NCBI GenBank assembly: GCA_015680685.1
Contig: MNCI01002704.1
Coordinates: 413,622-477,621, forward strand
Source: Gnetum montanum
Lineage: Eukaryota > Plantae > Gnetophyta
Length of the DNA stretch: 64,000 nt
Reading direction: 5' to 3'
The notes beneath the pieces were generated by a model. That model saw nothing but the letters and a program-made list of their open reading frames with translations, was not told the DNA's origin and did no database searches. How positions within the stretch are numbered: the first letter of the stretch is position 1; each line of letters begins with the position of its first letter. This document shows positions 1-13,907 of the stretch, piece after piece. Position numbers and translations under genes: made by a program.

Positions 1-79
1 CGCGGCGCGATATCGCGGCCTAGTGCAAGTTGCGTCTCATCAATAATTAAAGCACATTGAAATTTATTTCTAATCCAAA

Positions 80-3000
80 ATGTCTTCTTCTCATAGGCAT
101 GATGAATCAAAATTTCTAGTGCCCCAAGAATTCAAAGTGATGTACATTAATCCAGATGAGTTTGTACCTAATTTTACCTTCGTCCTGCATTAGGATGAAC
201 AACTATGGTGGAGAGACATGGAGGACAACATTGTGTTGCCACTTGACCAATCTATTCCTGAGATATTGCTCCAAAATCTTAAGAGGTTGGGCATCTAGAA
301 TATCCATGAAGAATACATTATGCAAGACCGTGACTATTAGGATTATTATCCCATTGAAACACAATGCAAAAGAGATTGGCATCATGAGAAGCCTAATGAA
401 GCTACAATGGAAAAATAGTTCACTAACCCTTTGATCCTACTAAAACAAAAAGATAATAAGGATCCTTCCTTTAAGGGTTCTCAACATGAAGACTCTCCAT
501 CCTTGATTTCAATGAAGGGGGCTTAAACTTGAATTTAAAGTTTGCTATCAACAATCCTTGTTTAAGCAAGAGTGGCCCCAAGAGTGGGAGTCAAGGTAGG
601 TACTCAAGCAAGCATTGTGATGATGATAAAGCTAATGCTCGTGGTCATAACAAGTGGAGAGGAGGTGGTAGACACCATGATGGTGGTGATCCTTCTTCCT
701 CTTCATCATCTTCATTAGCATCTTCTTCTTCCTCCTTTGAACTTGATTGAAACCACAGAGGAGAAAACCATGATGAAGATGAATGACAAGACAATGATCA
801 AATCTATGAACAAGGGAGTAGCAGAGAACATCATAGGTGTCATCAAAATCATGATGATAATGAGCCTTTATTGGTAACTTGAAGTATACTAAACATGTAG
901 AGATAGTTAGAATTCCAACCAGGCATGTAAAAGATGGTAGAATCAAGAGGTTGAATATGAACAATATTACCAAATTTGATTGGGGATATAACTTAGATCC
1001 ACAGATCCATCTTCAAGTCTTTCATAATGCCTATGCCTTGAAAAATATTAAAAATAACTAGTAGAAACTTAAGTTGTTTCCCAAGGCACTCACAAAAGAA
1101 GAAGAAAGTTGTTACTGGCTCTTCGTAGTTAGAATCAATTTGTAGATGGAGTATAATGCTTGAGTTATTTAATGAAAAATATTAGACGTACTCTTGAGTG
1201 TCCAATTTGAGAAAGAAATCCCAAGGCTAGTGACAAGAAACACATAAACCCTTGGACATAGTAATAGGAAGGTATTATTTCCTTTTTGCAAAGATGTCCC
1301 AATCATGGTTATTCTTAATAGGAGTAGCTTTTTCATATCATAGATGGACTATAATCAGAAATAAGGAGAACCCTTTGGGTCTATGCCTAAGGGAGACTAT
1401 TAGAAATTAGAGTCCATCAAATTCAAAGCTTGATTAAGTAGGTTACAAAATAGGAAGGTGAATTAAGGAAACAGAAAAGTGCTAAAGAATATAACTAGGA
1501 TCCTTCCATTAGAAAAATGGAAGTCTAATTCTATGATAGTGAGGGAGGGGCACCACTTAATGAATAGTGTAGCAAAAAGCCTCAGTGATTCAAAAATCTA
1601 TTTTCAAAATTTTGGCCAAGGTGGAAAAGATGTGGGAAACTTGGGATGAAAAATTCTAAACTACTCTAAAAATTGCAGATGAATCCAAAGAGCAAGGTAA
1701 TGATTGTGATTATAGGAGAAGAAATGAAGCTGAACATGCCTACGAAATGGGTAAGGGAAAAGCTACTATCATAGAGGAGGTTGTGGAGCTGCTAATATGA
1801 ACATCCCAAGGGATGTTACTAGGTTGTATCACACTTGTAAGAATCTATGGTGTATACTCTGAATCCTAAGTTAGTAAGAAGGTAAGCACTTAGAAGATTA
1901 CCTTATCCTCAAGGTAATCCCACGTAGTTCCACCAACAAAAAGCTTACTATCCAAGTGGAGCTCCACCATAATCATATGAGTAGTATCATCAATGGTAGC
2001 ACCCACAGTCATGGGGGATGCCATTGCCACGGGAGCAGTACCCTTATAGGAGCCAAATTTGTATGGGTACTATGTTGCGCAACACATGTCTCTATGTCAC
2101 TCTTTTGGTCATGCTTCCTTTCAGCATCACTACTACCCTTCAGAGTATTACATAACTCATTCTTCATCTCCTAGAGGGGAATCCCCATATCCTTATCACC
2201 CTTCTCATCCTTCTATACATGTTCCTCCATCCTTAATCCAATTACCACCTACTCCATCCATGTAGGATGATATTTCCATGCATCCATAGCAATGTAATGC
2301 TACTAGGGCCATCAACTTATAATTAGTTCCTCCATTGAGTGCTTTAGAATCCAGATCCATAAAAATAACAGTCTTCCAAACTAATAGTCCTACAAAGCCC
2401 TCACTGACTCATGAAACTAGTTATCCTATGTCTCCTTCATCCTCTACATCTATTTCTTTTAAGAACCCTTTAAAGCAAACACATCCCAAGATTTTCATAG
2501 TCATGTTAACTCACACTTTATCTAATTGGATGAAGGCTAACAATCTTCCCAAGAAAAGAGCTAATCCTAAAAGTCCTCTCATCTACTTAGAAATTGTTGA
2601 AAATGAGCCATGAAAAGCTCTTGTTAATTTAAGTTTTGGTGTCAATTTGATTTCTCATGAAATATACAAAGCCTAAAATTTGCCTCTAATCAAGAAGAGA
2701 AAAATTCATTTAGAATTGGTAGATTAGTCTATCATTGTTCCTTTGGCATTAGTGGAGGACATTGTGACCATTGTCTATGGGTGGTCCTATCTTATCAATT
2801 TTTTGGTAATTAAGGTTTATAACTACAAGGGGGACTTCCCAATCATTATGCAAAGGGCTTAGTTGAGCACTATTGATGCATGAATGGGCATCAGAGATAT
2901 TTTCCTAGAAATTTTCAAAGAAAATGCATTTGGAAAGATCAAGAAGAAGAGAGTTCCATGCATTTCGTATAGCGATACAGGGTGCGACTGTGTGTGGAAG

Positions 3001-6000
3001 TTATGGTCTATCAAAACCTCATCAATCAAAGTATGCAGACAATGTGCAAATGAATCTAAAATCCAAAATTACCTATATGCAAAAACCACAAAGTAGGAGG
3101 GAACCCAGTGGCTGACAACTAATCACAATAGCAGCACACATTACATGGAACCAACTGAGAGCCTAACATGTGCCTATGTTGAAGGCATGGATGAACTAGG
3201 GAAATTTCATTGCAAACTCTCTAATGATTAACCTAATGATACTCACTAGAGAGAGTTGGAAATTCCTAAAAATTTTAAATAGGAGACCCTAGAGTTGAAA
3301 ACTTTACTTGGCAACATGGAATATGCATTTTTGAAAAATGGCAAGTTGATGATAATTAATGCTAACCTTTCTCCTAAGTAGAAAAATATGTTGCTAAAGA
3401 TGATTAAAAAATGGATGACAACCTTTGCTTGGTCATATCCTGAACTCACTAAGATTGATCCTAGGATAAGCCAACATTGCATCTATATTGCTCATTCCAT
3501 CAAGTTAACTAAGTAGCTTATAGTTGTAGCTAAATCCAAAATTGAAGTAGATCATCAAAGAGGAAATTGAATAACTCCTCAAGGTGAGGTTCATCTATCC
3601 AATTGTAGATAATGAGTGGGTTAGTCTACTTGTGATTATGCCAAAGAAAGATGTTAAGTGGAGGATGTGTATTGATTTTAGGATGTTGAAAATGGCAATG
3701 TTCAAAGATCATTTGCCATTGTTATTTGTGGACTACATGTAGGACACTATCTTTGGGCATTGCTATTACAACTTTTTGGATGGTTATAATGGCTATAATC
3801 AAATTTAGATTGCACTAGAAGATTAACCCAATACTACATTTATAAGTCCTTAGGGAACTTTTGTATATCATAAGATGTCGTTTGGTCTGTGCAATGCCCT
3901 TGCAACTTTCCAATGGTTAGTCCTAAGCTATTTTCAATAGAAAATTGGTAGTAGGATGGAAGTCTTTGGAGATGAATTTTCCACCTACGACGCTACATTT
4001 GAGCAAGCATTGGACCACCTTGAGCAAGTGCTTAAAAGGTTTGTGGAGACTAATCATTAGCTCAACTAGCAAAAGAGCCATCTCATGATCCAATAAGGCA
4101 TTATGTTAGGGCACAGAATCTCACAAGGATTGAGGTGGATCCTAAATAGATTAGGATCATCCAAGTAATAACCCATCAAACAAAAACTATTAAAGATGTT
4201 TGGTAATTCCTTACACATTGGGTATTACTGACAATTCATAGAGAATTTCTCTAAGATTGCTAAACCATTGATCAAGCTTGTAAATACAGATGCTCTATTC
4301 ATATGGACTAAGGAATGCAAAAAAGCATTCTAGAAATTCAAGGATAAGCTTCTAGAAACTCTAATTCTATGAGAACCTAATTGGTACTATTCATTTTACA
4401 TCATGATGAACACATTAATCTATGCCTTGGGAGCTATGCTTATGTAGTTGAATGATTAGAAACATCCTTATTATATCCAGTGCGTAAGTCAAAGCATTGT
4501 GGATGTACAGCTCAATTACACACAATAGAAAAAGAACTAATGGAAATGGTTAAGCCTTTGAAAAATTTAAGCACTATGTGCTTGGATAAAAGGTATTTGT
4601 GCACACTAATTATAGTGCCATTTGCTTCCTCATGAACAAGCCGATGGTGAGCCCCCATGTCATATGGTGGCTAGTGATCTTATAGGAGTTCGGTCTTACA
4701 ATAGTAGATTGAAAAGAAACTAAGAATGTGCTTGTTGATCACTTATCTTGATTATGATGGGATAAAAAAATGAGGAGAGCCCACTCTCTAATCAATTTCT
4801 TGATAAGATCCTTTTGCTAGTGCAATAATTGAACAAGTGCCCACTAAACTGAACTGGTACGATGGAATCCTCACTTATCTTCTCACTCAAGAGATGCCAC
4901 AAGACTTAGACCACCAGAAGAAATAATAGTTTCTTCATCAAGGCAAACACTTCATGGAAATCAATAGACATCTTTACAAGGCATGCATTAATAGCATGGT
5001 TCATTGGTATGTCCATGATGTTCATCACCTACATGTTCTCTATGATGCTCATGAGGGCCCTCATGGGGATCACTATGCAGTGAGACATGCAGTTATTAAG
5101 ATCTTGATGGTAGGGTATTATTGGCCAACAATCTTTAGGGATACTCACCAATTCATCTACTCTTGTGAATGTTATCAATTAGATGGTGAGATGACCACTT
5201 GAATGAAGAAGCCTTAGTAGTGGATCCAACCATTGGAACCCTTTGATATCTAGAACATTGATTTCATTAATGCCATCATGCCTATGTCAAATGAAAAGGT
5301 GTACATAATATTCATTGTTAACTATTATACTAAATAGGTAGAAGTAGTAGTTTTCATCCATTGTACATCTTCCACTGTTACATAATTTGTACAACAAAGT
5401 GTTATAAATAGGTTTTGAGTGTTATGTGCACTCATTTCTGACAATGGTACTTATTTTAAAGGTGCTACTTTTCACAAGCTCATGCAACACCTAGGGGTTG
5501 AACATAAATTAACAAAACCTTACCACCCTCAAGCTAATGATTATGCTAAGGTTACCAATAGAGATATCACCAAGATCTTGATAAGAACAATTAGTAAATA
5601 TAGGAGAGACTGGAACAAAAAACTTAATGATGCCCTCTAGGCATACCGCTCAACATGGAAACTCTCTATAGGTTACTCTCCCTATGAACTAGTGTATGGA
5701 AAATGACCAACTCTTCCTATTCAATTCAACCTCCAAATACTTTCAACAATATGTGACCTTGACCTTGACCCTAGCCTAGCATGGAAATAAAGAATGATCA
5801 ACTTTAACATGCTAAATGAGAATATATTGGTAGCCCTATCTTTGAATGAAGTGCACAAGGCATTTAGCAAACAACGCCATGATCTTAGAATAAGAAAAGT
5901 CAAATTTAAACCTAGAGACAAGGTCCTTTATTGGAACCCCACACATGTTCCACATTGAACCAAGTTCCAAACATTATGGGAAGGGCCTTATATCATTTAT

Positions 6001-6150
6001 GAAACCTTTCTTTCTAGGGCCATGTTGATCTATAAACCTAAGAGTCCAAACAAAAAATAATTGGTCAACATACAACAACTTAAACCTTTCCATGAGCCTA
6101 AGCAAGCCAATGCAAGAAACATCTCCATAAATGGACAACCTTGCTCAATT
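80..6150 (+). pseudogene. pol: gag-pol polyprotein remnant (element 1)
   Basis: RT motifs EWVS.LVI.PKK..KWRMCIDFR (~3614-3680) and FLDGYNGYNQI (~3773). Integrase HHCC in ORF 4954-5202 (HEGPHGDH...CECYQ). Integrase core ISDNGTYF...PYHPQAN in ORF 5419-5640. GPY motif (tgggaagggccttat) at ~5977. Many stops and frameshifts. Confidence 0.9.
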
Positions 6151-8599
6151 TTTTGAATCTCCTCCTTTCAACTTAGTCATGGGGAAGATGGCCATCCATG
6201 CTGACCATAATAGTGGTTAGTTTTCTACTTTTTTATTTTACACTTTTTATTTTATACTATTTTTGTTTTTATATCTTTTTATTTTATACTTTGTTATTTT
6301 TTCAATTTTTTTTACAATATCATTAGCACATTTTAACTTTCTTGAATATTTTATAATTTATTTTATATTTTACTTTATTTTGGTTTGAATTATTTTTTAT
6401 TTTCTAATGAAGTGCTTTGTTGCCAATATGACACAGTGATGTTGTAGCTATTTTCTAATGGTGGTTTGTACTTAATGTTTTTTATTCCCAATATCTAGTT
6501 TTTATTTTTTAACTTTTTTGATTGATGACTAAGACAGTTTCTTTTTCATGGAATAGGCAGTGAGTCCACATCATCCACCCATCCACCAACTCTATTGTAT
6601 TCCTTTTTTTGGGAATATGAAATCCCTTTTTTCATTAATGAAACTTTAACAAACTTGTGACCTTGGTAGTTTTCAAATTTGGAAAAAATTCAAATGATTT
6701 GAAAAAGTTGTCACTTCAAGGAGATTCAACACTCTCTATGCCTTTCCACTCACTTGAGTGCATGAGTGTTTTTCATGGATTTTTTACCATTTTGTGTTGA
6801 CCAATAATAGGAAGTTAATAAGTATTTGCATGGTGTGTTTCCCATCCAAAAATTCATAAAAACATAAAATTCAAAAAAATATGATGGAAATTCAAGGCAC
6901 ACTCTTTAGACAAAATAATAGGCTACAAGCACTACTTATGGGACTAGAACAACATGTTACCCATGCCTGAAGTTCCTATCTAACAAAGGCACTTTCTCAC
7001 TTTTTTCTTATCTTTTCTTCTCAAATACGAAATGGTGTGTAATTTGTGGATGCATTTTTGTATCTTGAGGGGTGGACTAGTCTTAGAGTGGTGATGTGAA
7101 TTCATTGAAAGTGGTTAGCTTTGATCTAGACTAAGAGTGGACTTTATCAGATCATTAAACATGAAATCCACAAGGGACTTCATATGACCAAGATTAGGAA
7201 TTCCATTTCATTCTCTTCCTCATTCATCAATGGTTTTCATTCTTCACCTCACTGCCAATTTTCATGTCTTGTTCAATGTCTTAGTTTGATATCTTGAAAT
7301 TCTTAGATAGATTCTTCCAAATTAGGTCCTTAACTTTTCATGATCATTAATCAAGTGTGAAGCCCATAGACTCCTTAGTTAAGGTTATGAAAGGGTAAAA
7401 TGTACATGTGCCTACTATGGGGAAGACCCACTTGCATATCCCTTGGTTGGAATAGTTAATCTCCTTACCCTTAGACATTTTTCTAATTAAATCTCACATA
7501 CGCCTCATTGATGCATCCAACTATGAACTCCTTTAAGACATTTCTTCATCATACTTCCAATTGCAAACCTCCATTTTTATGAACTATAAAGTCCTCTTCA
7601 TGCATTTAATCATGTTCTTAACTTTGTGGGCTTTCAAAAGACTTCAATTCCATGTAAAAATTCCTTATATTTCTTGAATTTTAACAAGTTAACAATGGTC
7701 AATAGATGTGTTAATGTAGCTCCATAGACAAAACATCTTGTGTCAACATGACGAAGTCAACATAGCCTCATTGACGTATGGAAAAAATACTATAAATAGA
7801 GTGCAACACTTACTAGGTTTTTGCCATTTTGCTTCAAACAAGAGGGGAAATTTTGTGATTTTTCAGAGCCCAAAACTTTCCAGAGCCCATATCTTTCACA
7901 TTGCTTCTCCAATTTTAGTCCTTTTTTAGTCCTCTAGCTACTGGAGATATGACCACAAACCCTAGGTTTTTAACAAAAAATTTTTCAAAATTTTTCAAAC
8001 TTTTCCATGTGTTTAATGAATAACATAATATTAAATCATCAACCTATGGAATTTAAACCCTTCCAAAAAACTTTAGTAACCTAAATTTAAATAAAATGAC
8101 ATCAAAATAATATTAAAAGTTCAATATGCCATGACCACACCTTAGCCAAGTGTAACTATTGCTAAAGAGATAAGGTACTTAGTTTTATGAGTTACACACT
8201 ATATGCTAATTCTTGATCATGTTGTGGTCATAGATGGTACCAAGATCAAAGCATGGACCAGAGGTAGGACCATCCTAAACTAGGGATAAGCAACCTAGAA
8301 CTCAAAGGGGCCAACAAGAATAACCCTGGGGGTAGGAAGTCAAAACTCATGCCACAAGACCTCTTTGTGATAACCCCAAAGAAGAGTCTATTTGTTAGAT
8401 TCTAGAAGAAGTGGAAAAAAATTAGTCTCACTAAGATGAGACATTGGATCCCATGCCAAGACTTGAAGTTACCTTGACTTGTGCTTTCCTTGATCAAATC
8501 AACCTTAGGGATATTCAATGTTCAATTCTTCAAGAATTGAACTTTGGGATGTTCCTAGAGTTTGCTCTAGAGGAAGTAAAAGCTCAACTATAGACCTCT

Positions 8600-10640
8600 C
8601 CCATGTGGCCAATCACTTATTTCAGTGGAAACTGGTACATGGAAGAGACCTACCTCTTTTAGAATAACTAGTAGCCAGGTACCATAGTTTGCATTAAGGA
8701 AATTTGCATATCCTACTCGGTGGAAGCAATTGTGCAAGATCTTAACTTGCTTGATACTAGAACCATCTCGGCAGTGATCTCAACTTAGGTAGACCTTGAG
8801 GTAAAGAAGGAGTGGACCTAGTGATGCTATGGAGCAGATCGTAAGAAGTATGGTGTACTCACTATGGTGGAACATGTGTATTTCACTATGGTCCATCATA
8901 CCATAAGTGGGTTAGAAGACCTGACACCTACATGTTCTTCCTAAAGAATGCAAGTGCCTGTGTGCTCAAATCCTAGTGTCTAGGAGGTAATAGTGTCCAT
9001 TCTCAGATACCAGTAGTTTCTAGAAATTTTTGAGAATGTTGCTACCTTCTTGGTGCACTTGAAGGAGGGAGATGGGACCACTATCTTGGTGATGTAGCAC
9101 CAAGGGTATGGAATGGCAGCAAAGGTAGTGTTAGACCATGTGTATGAAGTCCTCAATGTTCCTATAGTGTTTGTACCCAACCTTGATACACTTAGAGATG
9201 TTCAAGCATTTTCATGTGTAGCTAGTAGGAGGTTTAGCATAGCCTAGCATGAGGAGTTGCTAGAATGACTAGTGGGAATCCAAAAATTGATTCTAGAGGT
9301 CTTTGATCTTCTAGAAGATATTTTTGCTACCTAGTCGATGTTCTTGGAAGCAAGGGGCAAGTGCATAATTGCAAATATGCAACTTGAAATGACCAAGGTT
9401 GAGAATCAATGCCTAGCTACAGAAGTCATCTATCTGAGAGCATGTCTTACTGATGCCTTTATAGTTAGTGAGGTAATTACAAGGGATGAAGATTTTCGGT
9501 AGCTTCAGTCCAAACATTAAGAGGTTGAGTATGAGAGGGAGTCTACAATCTTTGATAAGTCCTTAGTTGAGATAAAAACTTATCACATCAACAAGGACTT
9601 GAAAGAGGTGCATCGGAAGAATGCCAGTTTGACCAAATAAAATCAACACCTATGTGCCATTGAGCTCTAGAAAGAATAGATGGTTAATTACATGTGAAAA
9701 TTGTAGGAGTAGCTTCCCAAGGTGTCAATGGATTTAAGGAGGTTGGTAGTAGAAAATTTCAATCTCTCCATGAAGGAAGTCTATGCCCTTGACCAAAAAT
9801 CTACAATTAACATAGCTACCTAGAAGAGTGAGGCCTTGAAATTTGAAAGGATCATGAACCATTATAGATACTAGGTTGATTTGCAAAAAGAAATTAATGA
9901 ATGAGAAATCAAATTAGCAAAGGTGAAGGTGAATGAGACCCTCCAGCAGCTCCAAGAAGGAGGTGACATATGGCAGTCCATCTTTGATGGCCTAAATGAG
10001 TACGACAAGGTAGAAATTTTTGTAAAGGAGGTGTAAATTAAGGAGATGATTAAGTATATGAAGCTTACCAACATCTATTACTAAAACCTGGAAATGCTGA
10101 TAGTATGAAGGTCAAAATCAAATTTGGAGAAGTAAGTGTCCAACTCATACTTGTTCTATGAAGCTGAGTAAAAGACACATAAAGAAACCAAGTAGAATCT
10201 TGAGGTGGTAAATATAGAACTTAATGTACTTAGGTAGCGTTTCACTAATTAGTGGTTCTTAGTTGAAAACTTTGCTAGGAGAATAAGTGACTACCAGGAG
10301 TGAAAAAATGTAGTAAAGGCATTTGATGTTGAATGCAAGCTTTTCATTGACAAATGCAAAGGAGCTATTCTTAGCAATGTCCTATTCTTGGGATGTTCCC
10401 ACACTAGCCCACACTCACAATGTGACATGGACCATGATTGATCCTAGGAGTAAGGAGGAGGAGATGAAGACATTTTTGGATGCTTTTCATCTTCTACCAG
10501 AAGTTGTAGCTACCTTAGATCAATCACAACTACCTTAATCACCATGTGTGCCTAGAGTAGGAGAAGGTCCTTTGGAGCCTCAAGAGAGTTCACTACCTTG
10601 GTCTGTTTGAACTTCTTTCTCATCTATGCACCATCAATGA
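8600..10640 (+). pseudogene. extra (env-position) ORF remnant of element 1, coiled-coil-like C-terminal half
   Basis: About 2 kb of coding-like sequence between the AT-rich 3' spacer and the PPT. E/K/Q-rich frames, e.g. ETLQQLQEGGDIWQSIFDGLNEYDKVEIFVKE at ~9934-10030. The position matches the Athila extra ORF. Boundaries are approximate. Confidence 0.6.
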
Positions 10641-10746
10641 AGTTGTGTTTATCAATTTTATCCTAGTGTTCAATTTTATTGTCTTGAAGGCCAAAATTTT
10701 GTAATGATTATAATTTCATACACTTGAGCACTTATTATTTATTTAC

Positions 10747-10770
10747 GTGTGTGTGTGTATGTGTGTGTGT
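10747..10770 (+). repeat. (GT)n microsatellite
   Basis: gtgtgtgtgtgtatgtgtgtgtgt. Confidence 0.9.
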
Positions 10771-10865
10771 TTGTTTGTTAGTAGTTAGTCAATAATCCCA
10801 TACCTTCCAAAAATTTTGGAAGAAGCTTGTTCCTCCTTTTGTTCACTTGAGAATGAGTTTTCATT

Positions 10866-10879
10866 TAGTCATGGGGGTA
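10866..10879 (+). promoter_or_regulatory. polypurine tract (PPT) of element 1
   Basis: ttagtcatgggggta immediately before the LTR start TGATGAG. Confidence 0.7.
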
Positions 10880-11776
10880 TGATGAGTCATGTAAAGGGTT
10901 ACATAGATGATGCCTCATTGATGTGGCTCCATTGACATTGACTTGATTGTGTTGATGTATGATTTAATGTGTTGATGTGATTGCATCGACACAATGTCTA
11001 TTTTCACCTATAAATATGTGCTTAATAACTACATTTATAGTAATAAGTTTCATAGTTTTAGTGAAGGTCTAGTGGTTTTTCCACTTGGAAGCTAGAATAT
11101 TTTCTAAGTGCCCATAGTAGAAGTCAAAGAGTGTACAAATTTTTATTCAAACATTGTTGTACCTGAGCATGATAGTATGTGTAGTAATAAAGATAAGCTT
11201 TATGATAAACCTTGTAGCACTTTGAAATAGATTAATTTTTTCATTAATGCATTTAATATTTTAAGAAATTTTCTTTAATGGTTTAATTAATTAAGTAATT
11301 AATTAAGCTAGACTAAGTTAAATTAAATAGTGATTAATTAAGCATATAAGTACGACCACTTTGAGCATACACTTGGTGCCTGCTAATCCTAGTAATGCTT
11401 AATGTTTGGTAACCTAGTAGCATTAAACATGTTTAATATGTGTACAACAAGTGGGAATAGTTGCCTATGTTAGCATTCGTTAAATGTTGGTTAGTTAGGA
11501 TAAATTAGAAATTAAATATATAATTCTTTATTCTTTATTTTTAGGTGACTTAAAACATAAAACATAAAAATGATAAAAATCATATGCCTAAGTTGTAGTT
11601 AACCATACCTTTGCATTTCACAAGTGTAATAGGAAAGACAATGATTACAATAGTAAGTTTCACCTCCTAAAGACCAGTGTACTTAGAATGCGATAAGTCC
11701 ATTGAATTTGATCAGATCATGCATGAACGCTTAGTGATTTGTATGGTTGGGCATAGGGTCTAGTAAATGCTCATCA
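10880..11776 (+). repeat. 3' LTR of element 1 (~897 bp)
   Basis: Termini TGATGAG...CTCATCA form a 7-bp inverted repeat. Preceded by the PPT. Shares blocks with 13908-14765 (tgtacaaa..ttattc, agttaaccatac, tgtatggttgggc). Confidence 0.85.
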
Positions 11777-13907
11777 TCATCCTAAAGTTCTTCCTAGTAG
11801 GATTCCTTGCTAAAGATCCCATGGTGATGGTCCAAATTGAATTGAGAGAATGTAAGTCTTATGATGATGAGAGGAGTAATGCAAAGATTGATATCTTCCT
11901 CCATAAGGTGTATATGTATTTGTCTACTAAGAGCATTCCTATGACTTAGAAGGTGTCCCCTACATCAAAGTACTTGATCAACAGTGCAAATCTATGGTGG
12001 CTTAGCCTTCTTCATGTCGATGGATACTACAAGTGAGATGGTGAACACATGGAAAAAAAATTCAAGATGACTTTGATCAAATAGTTTCACTTAAGGAACT
12101 CAATATGAGTAGCTAGGACCAAAATCAAGTTATTGAAATACTTTGGCAAGATTGAGAACTACATCAATGCCTTCTAAGAGCTAATATTACTAATTATTAA
12201 TGTGAGAGATTAGGATTAGTTCTTCAAATTTGTAAACATGTTGCAATTGTGGATGTAGATGGAGTTATGTTATCAAGGAATTGCAACTTTTCCTAAGTCC
12301 ATTATGATAATTAGCACCTTCCTCAATTTTAAGACTATAAAGCGAGATGACAAACTAGGAAAAGAAAAGTAGGGTACACCTTCCTAGTCTTAGAAAATGG
12401 ATGTAGGTTCTACAAAGGTGGAAAATGATTCTAAACTAAATTAGTAATGAAATCATTCTGCAAGAGGCCATTCAAGAAACCAAAGCTTCTAGCAAAATGT
12501 ATAGGATACTGGGAGCAAGTGGCAACTTGGTGGTAAGAAGAAATAATTATCTAGAAGGTCATTCAAGGGATCAATTTAATGTTTCTTTTGTAACAAAAAT
12601 ATCCTCTTAGCTTAGGAAGGACTAAGAATAGGTAAGCATAGGCTCTAGGGAAGTAGCTAATGTCCCTAGAATATCACCTAGAATCATACCTACAAATTAC
12701 TAATTATAACACTTTTGAGGAATAGTGAAGGTTGGCTATTAGGATAGAGTTGTTTAATATGATTATCAAAAAGGAAAGGGCCTTAGGTTTCCATGAGATA
12801 GACCTCAATAAACTACATCATGTTCAATTATCCTCAATCATTATGGATTTGAGATAGCTTAGTACCCTAATTAACAATGAGGTAAGTCCAATTACATGAG
12901 TTCATCTATGGTGAGGAACTTATAACTAGTTGTGAATGTAGTCCAAGCCTCCTCCAACATGCAAAATTTTGACCCCTTCAATATGTGAATATTAGTAGAA
13001 ATGTTTTAACCCAAGTGGGATCTTGGAAAGAGGTTATTGACTTAATTTTGGACATGGATTTCTTTGAGATTATTTTAGAGTAAGAGTTCATAGACAAGGT
13101 AAAGATTTTTACAACTTCACATTTCAACTTAATCTTCATATCTTATGAGAACTTTTTTTTGTTTGATTAAAACTCATATGGCACAAGTGGAGAAGGATAA
13201 GAATTATAGTCTTTACATCATCTTCCCAATAATTATGAAATGCTTAACTAGAGATCCTACATGTAGATTCTTCCTAGCCATGTAGATGGGCAAACCTAAA
13301 AAGGTTAGCGAGCCTTATTTAAATTTTGATTTATGAATTTTGTAGGTCCTAGATTACTATCAAGACATTATGTCACCAATAGCTACCTAGAAATCTACCA
13401 CCAAGAAGGGCTATAGATCAAAAAATCAAGTTGTTGCTAGGTACAACCCCTCTTATTTAAAGATCATATCACCTAATAGGGCTAGCAATGGAGGAGCTAA
13501 AGTAGCAACTAGATATTCTAATTTTCAATTATTACATCCATTTGTCAGAATCTCTATATGATACACTTGTATTGTTTATCATCAAGGAGTACAGAACTTT
13601 ATGTCTCTATTGTAACTATAAGTTGTTAAACAAGAATACCATAAGGAATAAGTATCTATTGTCTCTAATTTTTGATTTTGTTTGACCAACTAGTTGGGGC
13701 ATGCTATTTCACCAAGCTAGACCTCTAGTAAGTATAATATTAGGTTCACATTGCAAAGGAAGGCAAGGAAAAAATTTCTTATGTGACTAGATATGTGTCA
13801 TTTGAAAGGATCATAATGGCCTTTGAACTTTGTAAAGCAATCTCCACCTTTTGTATGCTCATGAATGAGATATTCAGGTCATTTCTTCATAAAGTTTAGT
13901 TCCCTAT
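11777..13907 (+). pseudogene. older Ty3/gypsy element D: gag-protease-RT fragment
   Basis: Retrotrans_gag-like KSYDDERSNAKIDIFLHKV in ORF 11767-11949, then A.LWW. RT N-terminal motifs LPPRR.ID.KI.L (~13395), TI.NKY.L (~13638), FDQLVGACYFTKLDL (~13681) and LMNEIFRSFL (~13858). Broken off just before YLDD. Confidence 0.85.

Larger units (their letters stand above)
30..11776 (+). mobile_element. Athila-like Ty3/gypsy LTR retrotransposon 1 (5' LTR not in window; decayed)
   Basis: Decayed gag-PR-RT-RH-INT in gypsy order, a long 3' region with an extra ORF, a PPT and a 3' LTR. Colinear with element 2, which carries the tRNA-Asp PBS typical of Athila. The left boundary is approximate. Confidence 0.85.
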
